DNA of 64,000 nucleotides from Thermoplasmata archaeon (GTDB lineage: Archaea; Thermoplasmatota; E2; JACPAO01; JAHFTW01), in NCBI GenBank assembly GCA_034667725.1, contig JAXDQS010000003.1, positions 96,001-160,000 on the forward strand. Reading direction: 5' to 3'. Positions 38,333 through 48,228 of the stretch are shown here, in pieces. Under the pieces are notes generated by a model that ran no database searches, had not been told where the DNA came from, and saw nothing but the letters and a program-made list of their open reading frames with translations. The first letter of the stretch is position 1. Each line of letters opens with the position of its first letter. Position numbers and translations under genes: made by a program.

Positions 38333-39001
38333 ATGCTCAAGGTGGCGCCCTCCATCCTGTCCGCCGACTTCGGCCGCCTGCGCGACGAGGTCCAGGCCAT
38401 CGAGAAGGCCGGCGCCGACTGGCTGCATTTCGACGTGATGGACGGCCGCTTCGTGCCCAACCTGACCATCGGCGCCCCCGTCCTGAAGAGCCTCCGCCCG
38501 CACACTCGCCTGCTGGTGGACTGCCACCTCATGGTCGTCGAGCCCGAGAAGCTGGTGCCCGACTTCGCCGCCGCCGGCGCCGACTCCATCACGGTCCACG
38601 CCGAGGCCTGCCCCCACCTGCACCGCAACCTCCAGCAGATCAAGGGGCTCGGCAAGCGCGCCGGCGTCAGCCTCAACCCCAGCACCCACGAGTCCATCCT
38701 GGAGTACGTCATCAAGGACGTCGACCTGGTGCTGGTCATGTCGGTGAACCCGGGCTTCGGCGGCCAGGCGTTCATCGAGGCCGTCGTGCCGAAGATCCGC
38801 CGCATCGCCGAGATGGCCAAGGCGGCCGGCCGCGAGGCGCCGCTGGAGATCCAGGTGGACGGCGGCATCAACGGCGACACCGCGCGCACGGTGGAGCGGG
38901 CCGGCGCGACCTGCGCGGTGGCGGGGTCGTTCGTGTTCGGCGCCAAGGACTACGCCGCGGCCATCCAGGCGGTGCGCGGCACGCAACGCAGGCTGGGCTG
39001 A
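38333..39001 (+). CDS. rpe: Ribulose-phosphate 3-epimerase
   Basis: APSILSADF, HFDVMDG, DCHLM, MSVNPGFGGQ, VDGGIN. Confidence 0.96.
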   Translation: MLKVAPSILSADFGRLRDEVQAIEKAGADWLHFDVMDGRFVPNLTIGAPVLKSLRPHTRLLVDCHLMVVEPEKLVPDFAAAGADSITVHAEACPHLHRNLQQIKGLGKRAGVSLNPSTHESILEYVIKDVDLVLVMSVNPGFGGQAFIEAVVPKIRRIAEMAKAAGREAPLEIQVDGGINGDTARTVERAGATCAVAGSFVFGAKDYAAAIQAVRGTQRRLG

Positions 39002-39102
39002 CGCCGGGTCGAGGCTTCGACGGACGTCCCAACGTTTCTTCCTGTTGGCTACGACGACGCCACCACGAACCTTTTCAACCCTGGACCGCGGTGCTTCTCC
39101 CG

Positions 39103-40752
39103 ATGAGGCTCGGCGCGGTGCTTGGATTGGCGGCCCTCCTGCTGCTTGCGGCCCCCGCGTCCGCCGCGCCCGCCGACATGGCCGGCTCCGCGGCCCTTCC
39201 CTTCCAGTTCACGGGCGACCACCGCGCCCAAGGCAGCGGCGAATACCTGGTCACGGGCAACGCCGGCCTCCTGGAGATGGAGCTCCTGGGCGACGGCGGC
39301 ACCGCGATGCGGGTGCAGCACCGCGCCTTCGGCCTCGACTCGTCGGACCCCGAGGCCCAGGTGCTCTGGCACCAGCGCGTCGACCGCCTGCCGCTCCCGC
39401 TGGCCGGCGCCAAGGTCGCCCTCGCCGGGCGCGACCCGGCCTTCCAGCTCCTCGCCACCGGCACCGGCGACCTGGCCGCCACCACCGGCGACCTGCTCTT
39501 GGGCACCCTGGCCCAGGACCGCGTCGTCGACGCCGAGGCCGTCCCGCCAGTCTCCCTCACCCTCTCCGACGGCACCCCCGCCTTCTCGCAGGCCATCCCC
39601 GCCGGCCGGTTCGCCGCCCGCAGCGCCGCCGGCACGCTGACCCTCGACGGCGCCCTCCAGCTGTTCGTCTCCGGCGCCACCCTGCGCTACACCGCCCCCG
39701 ACGGCAGCGTCCTCGACATCCCCGCCGGCTTCCGCACCGAGCGCCGCCAAGGCAGCGTCTACAACCCGCTCGACGGCACCTGGATGGGCCCCGGCAGCCA
39801 CGACGAATACATCCAGGAGTACCTCGTGGTCGAGGGCGCCGGCCGCCTCGTGGCCCGCCACGCCCACCAGGCCGCCACCTTCCACCTCGCCGCCCCCCAG
39901 ATGCAGGTCACCGGCACCGCCACCCTGCCCGCCATGCAGGGCACCGTCACCGTCCACGACGCCGAGGGCGACGTCGTCCACACGCTTGCCGGCCAACGGC
40001 TCGAGCTCGAAGGCCGCGTCACGCTGCGCGCCACCGAGGCCGCCGGCGACCGCGCCGACGTGCGCGGCTCCGGCGACGTCGTCCGGGTCGCCTACGGCGC
40101 CGTCGCGGCCGCCTACGACTGGACGACCGCCATCACGGCCGTCGGCATCGGCGCCGTCGTGCTCGCGGCCCTCGGCTGGGTCGCCGTGCAAGGCAAGGCC
40201 CTCCTCGGCCTCGGCGGCGCCGGCGGCCTCGTGGCCGGCTACGCCCGGGTCGCGGGCGACGACGTGCTGGAGCACGCCGGCCGCAGCGAGGTGTACGAGC
40301 GCGTCAAGGCCTACCCGGGCGTCAGCTTCGTGCAGCTCCAGGAGGCGCTCGGCATGGGCGCCTCGACCCTGAACTACCACCTGCGCGTGCTGGAGAAGAA
40401 CACCTACATCACGCCGGTGCGCGACGGCCGCTACCTCCGCTTCTTCGACCGCCGCAGCGGCCACTACTCCCAGAACCGCAAGTTCGCCGTGAGCGCCCTT
40501 CGGAACCCGACGACGGCCGCCATGGCCCGCCACATCCGCGAGCACCCGGGCGTCAGCCAAAGCGACCTCGCGCAGGCCTTCGAGGTCACCCCGAGCACCG
40601 TCTGCTGGCACATGGCCCGTCTCGCCGGCGCCGGCCTGGTGCAGAAGCAGCGCGACGCCCAACGCACCCGCTACTTCGTCGGCGAGGGCTGGGCCCAGCT
40701 TCCGGCCGACGAGCAGGCCCGCCAGGCCGTGCAGGTCCCCGTCCTCGCGTAG
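39103..40752 (+). CDS. Membrane-anchored transcription regulator: signal peptide, large extracellular domain, TM, tandem winged HTH
   Basis: MRLGAVLGLAALLLLAAPASA; TM near aa 340-375; VLEHAGRSEVY...PGV...TLNYHLRVLE and PGVSQSDLA...TVCWHMARL. Confidence 0.85.
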   Translation: MRLGAVLGLAALLLLAAPASAAPADMAGSAALPFQFTGDHRAQGSGEYLVTGNAGLLEMELLGDGGTAMRVQHRAFGLDSSDPEAQVLWHQRVDRLPLPLAGAKVALAGRDPAFQLLATGTGDLAATTGDLLLGTLAQDRVVDAEAVPPVSLTLSDGTPAFSQAIPAGRFAARSAAGTLTLDGALQLFVSGATLRYTAPDGSVLDIPAGFRTERRQGSVYNPLDGTWMGPGSHDEYIQEYLVVEGAGRLVARHAHQAATFHLAAPQMQVTGTATLPAMQGTVTVHDAEGDVVHTLAGQRLELEGRVTLRATEAAGDRADVRGSGDVVRVAYGAVAAAYDWTTAITAVGIGAVVLAALGWVAVQGKALLGLGGAGGLVAGYARVAGDDVLEHAGRSEVYERVKAYPGVSFVQLQEALGMGASTLNYHLRVLEKNTYITPVRDGRYLRFFDRRSGHYSQNRKFAVSALRNPTTAAMARHIREHPGVSQSDLAQAFEVTPSTVCWHMARLAGAGLVQKQRDAQRTRYFVGEGWAQLPADEQARQAVQVPVLA

Positions 40753-40753
40753 G

Positions 40754-41254
40754 TCACAGGATCCTCCGCGCCAGCCACCCCACGCCGAGCGCCGCCAGCG
40801 ACGCGAGGGCGCCCACGGCCAGCATCTCGACCCCCAAGGCCACGGGGCGCCGGCCCGGCATGAAGTGGCTCCGCGCCGCCCCCACGCCGAACAGCGCCGC
40901 TCCCGTGAGGCCGACCGCCCACGGCCATGGGTCGCCCGGCAGGAAGAACGCCGACAGCGGCACCGCGCCCACGATGGCGAAGGCGGCGAAGGTGGCGGCG
41001 GCGTGCCGCATCGGACTCCCGACGCCCGGCTCCTTGCCGGCCTGCTCCTTCTCGCTGCGGATCGCCATGTAGCTGCTGGCCGCCATCGAGATGCCGTCCG
41101 CCACCAGGTTGGCGAGGCCCAGGATCAGGATGATGTGCGTGCCCAGGTCGGCGCCGGCCGCGCCCGCCGCGATGGCGAACGTGGTCACCGCGCCGTCGAG
41201 GGCGCCATAGACCAGGTCGCTCAGGTAGTGTCCGATGCCCGTGGCCGGCCGCAT
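40754..41254 (-). CDS. VIT1/CCC1 family iron/manganese transporter
   Basis: LSDLVYGALDGAVTTFA, LANLVADGISMAASSY. Confidence 0.9.
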   Translation of the reverse strand: MRPATGIGHYLSDLVYGALDGAVTTFAIAAGAAGADLGTHIILILGLANLVADGISMAASSYMAIRSEKEQAGKEPGVGSPMRHAAATFAAFAIVGAVPLSAFFLPGDPWPWAVGLTGAALFGVGAARSHFMPGRRPVALGVEMLAVGALASLAALGVGWLARRIL

Positions 41255-41308
41255 GGGTCCATCGGCAGGCAGAGGCGGGCGTGGAATGAAGGTTCTGGAG
41301 GCGGCGGG

Positions 41309-41956
41309 CTACGAGAACGTCTCGGACGAGAGCGCCAGGTGGGCCGTGTCGTTGAGGCGCTCGACCCGCACCGACTCCTCGTCCACGGCGAGCACCGAGA
41401 TGCTGGCGTTGCTCTGGGGGAACTCCTCCAAACGGGTGAGGCCGGCGCCGGTGAGGGTGGCGATGAGGACGCGGTTGATGCGGCCGTGGGCCACGACGGC
41501 GACGTCGGCGGTGGCGGCCTGCCTGCGCACCCGCTCGGCGAACGGCCGGATGCGGTGCTGGGCGACCCGGGCGGACTCGCCGCCGGGGAACGGCTCGTCC
41601 AAGAAGCCGAGCTTCCAGGCGTCGAGGACCTGCGCCATCTCGGGCGCCACGTCGTCGTAGCTCCGCCCGGCCAGCAGGCCGTAGTCCATCTCGTACAGCT
41701 CGGGGACCACCTGGACCGCGAGGCTGCCGGCGATGCTGCTGGCGTGGCCGCGCATCACGGCCTCAGCGGTCTGCCGGGCCCGGGCCAGCGGGCTGGAGTA
41801 GAGCGCCTGGATGGGGTGGCGCGCCATCGCCTCCGCGACGCTGGCCGCCTGCAGCAACCCCCGCTCCGACAGCTGCGTGTCGATGCGCGGCCCCTGGAGG
41901 ATGCGGTCGTGGTTGGCAGGGGTCTCCCCGTGGCGGACGATGAACAGGAGGCCCAT
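41309..41956 (-). CDS. Histidine phosphatase (phosphoglycerate mutase family)
   Basis: RHGET, YSSPLARARQTA, GES, VAHG, NDTAHL. Confidence 0.92.
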   Translation of the reverse strand: MGLLFIVRHGETPANHDRILQGPRIDTQLSERGLLQAASVAEAMARHPIQALYSSPLARARQTAEAVMRGHASSIAGSLAVQVVPELYEMDYGLLAGRSYDDVAPEMAQVLDAWKLGFLDEPFPGGESARVAQHRIRPFAERVRRQAATADVAVVAHGRINRVLIATLTGAGLTRLEEFPQSNASISVLAVDEESVRVERLNDTAHLALSSETFS

Positions 41957-41990
41957 GATGGTTCCAATGGGACGGCCCAAGGCATAAGCC

Positions 41991-42638
41991 CTACGCGTCG
42001 GCCCCTTGGGCCGCCAGCCGCCGCTCCGCGAACGGCGCGGCGTCCCGCAGCGCCCGGGCCTCGAAGGCCGCGGTGGCGCCCGGCCCGAGGTCGCGGGGGT
42101 CGGTGGCGGCGCTGGCCACGTCGCCCACCGTGCCGTCCTCCAGGAGGAAGGTGGCGCACACCTTGACGCCGACCGCGGCGCCGGGGCCCGGGTTCGTCAC
42201 GGTGCCCGCGACCCGCTCGTGGCCGAGGCTGTCGAGGCGGGCCGTGCCCGTCACGGGAAGCTCCAGGACGGCCCCGCTTGCCCCGGGCACGGGGCTCAGG
42301 ACCCAGTCCGCGACGGCCGCGTCCTTGTCCTGGACGTCGACGCGGAAGCCGGAGCGGCCGCCCGCCGGCACCAGCGGCAGGCAAGCGTAGGTAAAGGTGG
42401 TGCCGGCGTCGGCGCCGGCGGCGTCCAGCAGCCGGGCCTCGACCTGGACGGCCAGGGCGTCGGCGCCGCGGTTCTCGACCTCGCCCACGAGGTGCAGGTA
42501 GCCGATGGTGTCGCGGTAGTGGCCGACGCCGCGCAGCACCAGGGCGCCCGCGCCATCATCCTCCATGGGCTCGATGGGGGCCGGGCCGCCGCAGCCGGCC
42601 AGCAAGACCATCACGAGGACCGGCAGGACGGGGCGCAT
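41991..42638 (-). CDS. FxLYD-like domain lipoprotein (two tandem Ig-like domains)
   Basis: Lipobox LAGC; VGEVEN...V.V.A.LLD..G and VAGTVTN...VCATFLLEDG. Confidence 0.75.
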   Translation of the reverse strand: MRPVLPVLVMVLLAGCGGPAPIEPMEDDGAGALVLRGVGHYRDTIGYLHLVGEVENRGADALAVQVEARLLDAAGADAGTTFTYACLPLVPAGGRSGFRVDVQDKDAAVADWVLSPVPGASGAVLELPVTGTARLDSLGHERVAGTVTNPGPGAAVGVKVCATFLLEDGTVGDVASAATDPRDLGPGATAAFEARALRDAAPFAERRLAAQGADA

Positions 42639-42697
42639 CGCGCGTCCGACCGTGCGGGGCGCGAAAAGGTTTGTAGGATGCGCCTGTGGCGCGCCCG

Positions 42698-43327
42698 ATG
42701 CGGCGGCGCGACCTCGAGGCGGCCTTGGCGGGCGTGCCCAGCCACGCCGACCCGAAGCCCGAGTTGGAGCAGTACCGCACGCCCGACAAGGTGGCGGCGG
42801 ACCTGCTGTGGGCGGCCGGCGAGGACGGCGCGGTGCGCGGCCGTCACGTGCTCGACCTCGGCTGCGGCACCGGCGTCCTCGGCATCGCGGCGGCGCTTTT
42901 GGGGGCCGCGCGCGTGACCGGCGTCGACGTGGACGCGCGGGCGCTGGCGATGGCGGCCGGGGCCGCCGGCTCGCTGCGGGTCGCCGACCGGTGCGCCTGG
43001 GTCGAGGCCGACGTCGCGGCGTGGGCGCCCGTGGCCGCCGACACGGTCGTGATGAACCCGCCGTTCGGCGCCCAGGCCGGCAACCGGCACGCCGACAAGC
43101 TGTTCCTCCGGAAGGCCGCCGACTGCGTGCGGCTCGGAGGCGACGGCACGGTGTGGACGCTGGCGCAGGTGCGCACCGAGCCGTTCTTGGGCACGTTCGC
43201 CAAGGAGCTGAAGTTCAGCGTGGAGCGCGTGGCCATGTGGGACTATCCGCTGGTGGCGACGATGGCGCACCACGAGCACGAGGTCCGCATGGTGCAGGTG
43301 GGCGGCTACCGCCTGGCGCCGCTCTGA
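42698..43327 (+). CDS. METTL5-family N6-adenine methyltransferase
   Basis: LEQYRTP, DLGCGTG, MNPPFGAQ, terminal HH..V. Confidence 0.92.
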   Translation: MRRRDLEAALAGVPSHADPKPELEQYRTPDKVAADLLWAAGEDGAVRGRHVLDLGCGTGVLGIAAALLGAARVTGVDVDARALAMAAGAAGSLRVADRCAWVEADVAAWAPVAADTVVMNPPFGAQAGNRHADKLFLRKAADCVRLGGDGTVWTLAQVRTEPFLGTFAKELKFSVERVAMWDYPLVATMAHHEHEVRMVQVGGYRLAPL

Positions 43328-43337
43328 ACATCCAAGG

Positions 43338-44975
43338 TCAGGCCAGGGGCAGCTTCGCGATGGCCGCCTCGGCGTCCGCCCGCGCGTCGGCCTCCCAGCC
43401 GTCCGCGAACCACGGCCGCTCCATCGTTGCAGTGTAGACCTTGACCGCCGCGCCGTCGCGGGTGTCGGGCCAGACCGGGTGGGCGGCGCGCCACGACGAG
43501 TCGATGTCGTTGTAGTCGCCGAGGAAGATCATGCCGTTCTGGTGGTGGCTCAGGGCCGGGTCCCAGCCGCCGTCGTCGGCCGCGCGCACGTCCACGGGGA
43601 CGCTCCAGGTGGCGCCGCCGTCGAGCGAGTAGCTGTACATCTGGGCGATGCGGGCGTGCTCCGGCAGGTCGCCGTTGGCCGGCACCATGTCGTGGGTGGC
43701 CTCCATCCAGGACACGTCGAGGACGCCGCCGGGGCTCACCGAGATTGCGGGCATGAGGCGCCAGTGCGGGTCGGGTTCGGAGACCAGCACCGGGTCCGAC
43801 CAGGTGGTGCCCTTGTCGAAGCTGGCGGCCACGAAGACGCCGGAGCCGTCGCCCGACGCGCAGCCGTCGCCCCAGTCGTCGAGGCAGGCGTCGTGCCACA
43901 CCACGTAGATGGCGTCGGCGAACGGCGACGCAGGGTTGCGGTCGGTGGCCATGGCCGGGAAGCCGGTGACGCGGTCGCGGGGGCTCAGGCCGGGGTGCTG
44001 GGCGGCGTGGACCTGCAGGATAGCGCGGTCCTCGTCCCAGGTGGCGCCCGTGTCGGTGCTGCGCCGCATGTGCACGTCGCTGCCGCTGGTCCACATGGCG
44101 TAGACCTCGGCGCCGGTGCCGACGTCCAAAAACGAGCCTTGGCCGGCGGTGCCGACGAGGGTGGCGAGCACCTCGGGGTCGGCGTAGGTCTTGCCGCCGT
44201 CGGTGCTGCGGAAGTAGACGTTGCCGGGCGCGAGGCTGGCGAGCCACATCACGTGGATGGTGCCGTCGGCGGACGCCGCGATCCAGCCCTTGTCATGGAA
44301 CGAGACGGGGTAGGAGCCCTCCAGCACGGGCGTGAAGGTGTGGAAGGTGTCGCCGCCGTCGTCACTCACGGCCACGATCTGGGTGGCGCGGTTGAAGGCC
44401 CAGTCGTTGAGGGCGCCGTCGGGCAGCTCGTCCTCGCCGGTCTTGCTGCCAGTGACGGGGTCGGTCTGGTACGCCATCAGCAGGTAGTACAGGTTCCCGT
44501 TGACGTCGAAGTAGGCCACCGGGTCCGTCGTGCACCAGAAGGTGGAGGCGTAGTTGGGCGTGAAGCCCGTCGGGTCCGACAGGGCGCGCCAGGGGGAGCC
44601 GTCGAAGCTGCGGTCGGCGTACGTCCTGCCGCCGTCGTGGGTCACGTAGACGCCGTCCCACACGCAGTCGCCCGCGTCCGGCGGGTAGTAGTCCTTGGCG
44701 CCGCCCACGACGTTGCGCGGGTCCTTCGGGTTCACGGCGATGGTGACCTCGTTGCCCTGCCGGCCCTCGTCGGGCGTCATGTTGAAGTCGCAGGCGGCGA
44801 GGCAGAGCGGGAACGGCACGGGCAGGCCGTTGGCGTCGTAGGCGGTGTAGTTGAAGCCGGAGCCGTGGCGCAGGTCGCGCTCGAACGCGGGCGGCGGCGA
44901 AGTGGTCTCGGGGCCGGTGCCGACGCAGCCGGCGACGAGGGCGGCCAACAGGAGGAACGCCACGAAGCGCGTCAT
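43338..44975 (-). CDS. Sialidase-like BNR/Asp-box repeat lipoprotein
   Basis: Lipobox VAGC; Asp boxes SDDGGDTF, STDGGKTY, STDTGATW, SFDKGTTW, SLDGGATW; FLGDY. Confidence 0.85.
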   Translation of the reverse strand: MTRFVAFLLLAALVAGCVGTGPETTSPPPAFERDLRHGSGFNYTAYDANGLPVPFPLCLAACDFNMTPDEGRQGNEVTIAVNPKDPRNVVGGAKDYYPPDAGDCVWDGVYVTHDGGRTYADRSFDGSPWRALSDPTGFTPNYASTFWCTTDPVAYFDVNGNLYYLLMAYQTDPVTGSKTGEDELPDGALNDWAFNRATQIVAVSDDGGDTFHTFTPVLEGSYPVSFHDKGWIAASADGTIHVMWLASLAPGNVYFRSTDGGKTYADPEVLATLVGTAGQGSFLDVGTGAEVYAMWTSGSDVHMRRSTDTGATWDEDRAILQVHAAQHPGLSPRDRVTGFPAMATDRNPASPFADAIYVVWHDACLDDWGDGCASGDGSGVFVAASFDKGTTWSDPVLVSEPDPHWRLMPAISVSPGGVLDVSWMEATHDMVPANGDLPEHARIAQMYSYSLDGGATWSVPVDVRAADDGGWDPALSHHQNGMIFLGDYNDIDSSWRAAHPVWPDTRDGAAVKVYTATMERPWFADGWEADARADAEAAIAKLPLA

Positions 44976-44999
44976 CGCCGCGCGACTTGGCGGGGGCGG

Positions 45000-45737
45000 T
45001 TAAAGGGTTGCCTCGGGCGGCGCCGTGAACACGTCCAGCCCGAGCTGCTTCGGCGCCACCAGGTCCCTCGCCGTCGCCCATGTCGTGCGGGTCCCCTCGG
45101 GCAGCTCGCGGAACTCGGCCCAGTACGCCTTGAGGAACGCCTGCGTCAGCGGGTCGGAGGCGTAGCCGGACCCAAGCGGCAGGTTGAGCTTGCGCTCCAG
45201 CCGGCGGGCCAGCTCCGCGATGGCCTTGTCGCGCGCGACCTTGGCGACGATGCTGGCGGCGCCCACGATGGGGAACTTGAGGTCGGCGCCATGCTGCGAC
45301 ACCACCTCGGTCCCCGGCGGCAGCGCGGTGGCCAACTCGCGGCCGAAGCGCGCCTCGTTCACGTCCGCCGCGTCGATCCACGCCTTGTGCGGCGCGAGCG
45401 TCCGCGCGATGTCCTGGAAGCGGCGCATCTCGATGACGTTGAGGCTGGTGCCCTCGCGCCGCTCGGCGTCCAGCACGTCGGCGTCCACGACCCGGACCTC
45501 GATGCGCACCGACGATTCGGCCCGGAGGGCGCGGTCGAGGGCGTTGCGGCGGTCGGGCGACAGGAGCTTCGAGTCGGTGCAGCCCAGCCGCTTGAACAGC
45601 TTGGGCTCGGCGCTTGCGACCCCGGCCATCACGATGGGGCCCATGACCGGGCCGCGGCCGGCCTCGTCCATGCCGGCGCACACGGGCATCGTCGCCAGCA
45701 CGGCAGGGTCGATGGGGGCCTTGCGCCGCGGCGCCAC
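45000..45737 (-). CDS. rnhB: Ribonuclease HII
   Basis: GMDEAGRGPVMGP, DSKLL, IDAAD, AASIVAKV.RD, GSGY.SDP. Confidence 0.95.
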   Translation of the reverse strand: MAPRRKAPIDPAVLATMPVCAGMDEAGRGPVMGPIVMAGVASAEPKLFKRLGCTDSKLLSPDRRNALDRALRAESSVRIEVRVVDADVLDAERREGTSLNVIEMRRFQDIARTLAPHKAWIDAADVNEARFGRELATALPPGTEVVSQHGADLKFPIVGAASIVAKVARDKAIAELARRLERKLNLPLGSGYASDPLTQAFLKAYWAEFRELPEGTRTTWATARDLVAPKQLGLDVFTAPPEATL

Positions 45738-45781
45738 GATGGGTTCGACTCGGCCGCCCTCCTTGAAGCCTGGGGTCGGGC

Positions 45782-45787
45782 CTTAAA
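45782..45787 (+). promoter_or_regulatory. TATA box of NfeD gene
   Basis: CTTAAA 23 nt upstream of GTG 45811. Confidence 0.5.
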
Positions 45788-45810
45788 CGCCGACGGACCC
45801 ATGGCGGCCT

Positions 45811-46266
45811 GTGCTGGACAGTCCTGGCGTGTGGACCGCGACGACGTTCCTCATCCTGGGCATCCTGTTCCTCCTGGTCGAGGTGTTCAACCCCGGCTTC
45901 TTCATCGCGGTGCCGGGCGGGACGCTGTTCATCATGGGCGGCATCGGCCTGCTTGCGCCCGACCTGATGTTCGGCTCGCCGTGGGCCTGGCTGCTCTGGC
46001 CGCTGGCCGCCGTGCTGTCCACCGGCGCCAACCTGTTCCTCTACAAGCGCTGGGCCCCCGCCGGCGACCGGCCCTTGACGCTGGGCAGCGACTCCTTGCC
46101 CGGCCAGGTCGCCACCGTGGTGACCCCCATCGCCCCCGGCGGCCGCGGCGAAATCCGCATCGCCGGCCAGACCTGGTCCGCCCGCTCGGCCGTCGCCATC
46201 CCGGCCGGCGCCGAGGCGCGCATCGTGCGCGTCGAGGGCGTGTACGCCGTCGTCGAGCCCGCGTAG
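45811..46266 (+). CDS. NfeD family protein (short form)
   Basis: LLVEVFNPGFF TM region; C-terminal OB fold GEIRIAGQTWSAR...VRVEG. Confidence 0.88.
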   Translation: MLDSPGVWTATTFLILGILFLLVEVFNPGFFIAVPGGTLFIMGGIGLLAPDLMFGSPWAWLLWPLAAVLSTGANLFLYKRWAPAGDRPLTLGSDSLPGQVATVVTPIAPGGRGEIRIAGQTWSARSAVAIPAGAEARIVRVEGVYAVVEPA

Positions 46267-46328
46267 GCTGCACACTCTAGCAGGCCCTCCAGCAGGCTTA
46301 TCCTGCCCGCGGCGGGCTGCGTGGACCC

Positions 46329-46889
46329 ATGCGCCCTGCATCCCTGGCCCTCCCCGCCTTGGCCCTCCTTCTGCTGCTGCCCGCCGCCCAAGCCCAGGTG
46401 CCCTCCGAGATTCCCTTCATGATCACCAACGCCCAGGTCGCGGACGCCATCGGCCCCGGCGAGACCACCAAGGTGTCGTTCCAGGCGGTCCGCGCCTGCT
46501 CCACCACCTCCCCCATCCTGCCCGCCGGCACCCTGCAACTGGAGCGCGCCGCGAGCCCCTTCGTCACCCTCACCGGCGCCATGGACGTCCCCGTGCCGGA
46601 GCACAACTGCCTCACCAGCGGCCACCAGGCCATCGCCTTCGAGCTGCAGGCCACGGCCGGCCCCGAGATCCCTGAAGGCATCGCCTCCGAGGCCGTCCTG
46701 CTGCGCGCCCACGTCGACCAGGCGTCGCCGACGCACACCACCACCTCCGAGTCGGCCATCAGCTTCATCGTGCCCTTCAAGGCCAAGCCCGTCCCCGACT
46801 CCTACATCGGCCCCGTCGAGGAGAGCCCCGTGCTGGCGCCCGGCGTCATCCTGGCGGCCCTCGGCGCCCTGGCCTCCCGCAAGCGTTAG
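46329..46889 (+). CDS. Secreted protein with C-terminal sorting/anchor segment
   Basis: Signal peptide ...LLLLPAAQA; C-terminus EESPVLAPGVILAALGALASRKR. Confidence 0.75.
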   Translation: MRPASLALPALALLLLLPAAQAQVPSEIPFMITNAQVADAIGPGETTKVSFQAVRACSTTSPILPAGTLQLERAASPFVTLTGAMDVPVPEHNCLTSGHQAIAFELQATAGPEIPEGIASEAVLLRAHVDQASPTHTTTSESAISFIVPFKAKPVPDSYIGPVEESPVLAPGVILAALGALASRKR

Positions 46890-47911
46890 TTGGAGTCGGC
46901 CAGGAACTCGTCGAACACGTAGTGCTCCATCGGCCGGATGCCGAGAACGATCTCCAGCTCCTGCGGCGTCAGGAACGGCTGCTTGTAGCGGCCCTGGTCG
47001 TCGATCGGCACCCGCGGGCACGCGACCCCCACGAAGGCGTCGAGGTGGCGGAAATAGAGCAGCGTCTCCGGCGAGATCTGCTTGTTCTGGATGATGTAGC
47101 CGGTCTTGCCGTGCGCCTGGAGCTGGGCGAGCACCTTCTTGGCGAGGTTGAACCGCATCTGGCCCGCCTTGGTGGAGACCACGATGCCGAACGACTTGGC
47201 CTGCTTGGCGTTCCCGATGGCGGCCCAGCGCTGCTTGAGGATGCGGCCCTTGGCCTCCGTCAGCGTCCGCACCGTGTTGGTGTAGGGGTCCGCCGCCGTG
47301 ATGCGCTTCTCCGTCTCCAGCGCGAGGGCGAGCGGGTGGAAGTCGCCGCTGCCGATGAAGATGAACTCGTCCACGTCGCACTTGACCGCCGCGATGACGT
47401 TGCAGCCCAGAAGCTGGCCGCGCAGGGCGGTGCGCTTGTCGCCCAGCATCGTGACCGGCTCGAAGCCGTGCTCCCGAAGGATGCGTTCCGCGACGTCGAG
47501 CTTGTGGACGTGCTGCGCCGTGGTGGTGACGCCGATGCGGGGGCCCTTCATCTGGGCGCAGGCGGCCTTCACGACCTCCTCGATCGGGTGGACCGAGTGG
47601 GCGGGGACGTAGTAGACCTGGACGCCGAAATCCGTTTTGACGGACGGCATGGGACTGTGCCCGAAGTGGATCATCACCTCGATGCCGAGCTTCGCCATCT
47701 CGTCGTCGCACAGGTCGCAGGCGCCATAGCACGGGTCGGCCGAGACGACGGGCAGGGCGCCGGTCTCGCGCTGGACGATCTCCGCGATGTGGGTGCCGTA
47801 GTCCCGCAGGCCGTCGGGGAACTGGAGGCCGATGCTCTGGAGGCCCGGGTGCGCCTGCTTGATGCGAGGCAGCAGCTCCTCGAAGTCGAGGTGGTAGCCG
47901 AACAGCTCCAT
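46886..47911 (-). CDS. dph2: Diphthamide biosynthesis radical enzyme Dph2
   Basis: LQFPDGL, PCYGACD, HFGH, GQLLGC, GDFH, ACPRVPIDD. Confidence 0.95.
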   Translation of the reverse strand: MELFGYHLDFEELLPRIKQAHPGLQSIGLQFPDGLRDYGTHIAEIVQRETGALPVVSADPCYGACDLCDDEMAKLGIEVMIHFGHSPMPSVKTDFGVQVYYVPAHSVHPIEEVVKAACAQMKGPRIGVTTTAQHVHKLDVAERILREHGFEPVTMLGDKRTALRGQLLGCNVIAAVKCDVDEFIFIGSGDFHPLALALETEKRITAADPYTNTVRTLTEAKGRILKQRWAAIGNAKQAKSFGIVVSTKAGQMRFNLAKKVLAQLQAHGKTGYIIQNKQISPETLLYFRHLDAFVGVACPRVPIDDQGRYKQPFLTPQELEIVLGIRPMEHYVFDEFLADSN

Positions 47912-47966
47912 GGGCAAGCGTCCGACGAGGGGGGCGGTTTAGGGCTTTGCCTCCGGGGGCGGGACG

Positions 47967-48221
47967 CGACGGGCACTGATGTTCCCAGATTCGGAAGATT
48001 CCCACAGACGGTCTGTGGAATTTTTGCAGGCCCCGCCAGAACCAAAGCCAGGTCTGTGGAATCTGTGTGCGTCGGGAACCGAACGGGCACTGATTTTCTC
48101 AGATTCGGATGATTCCCACAGAGGCCTGTGGAATATGTGTCCAGTCGGCGGGACGCGACGAGCACTGATTTTCCCAGATTCGGAAGATCTCCACAGAACT
48201 CTGTGGAATCTGCGTCCAGTC
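47967..48221. repeat. Modular palindromic intergenic repeat cluster B (long, short, short units)
   Basis: Same units and linkers as 12844-13097 in different order; just downstream of ABC permease stop. Confidence 0.92.
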
Positions 48222-48228
48222 AGCAGCC

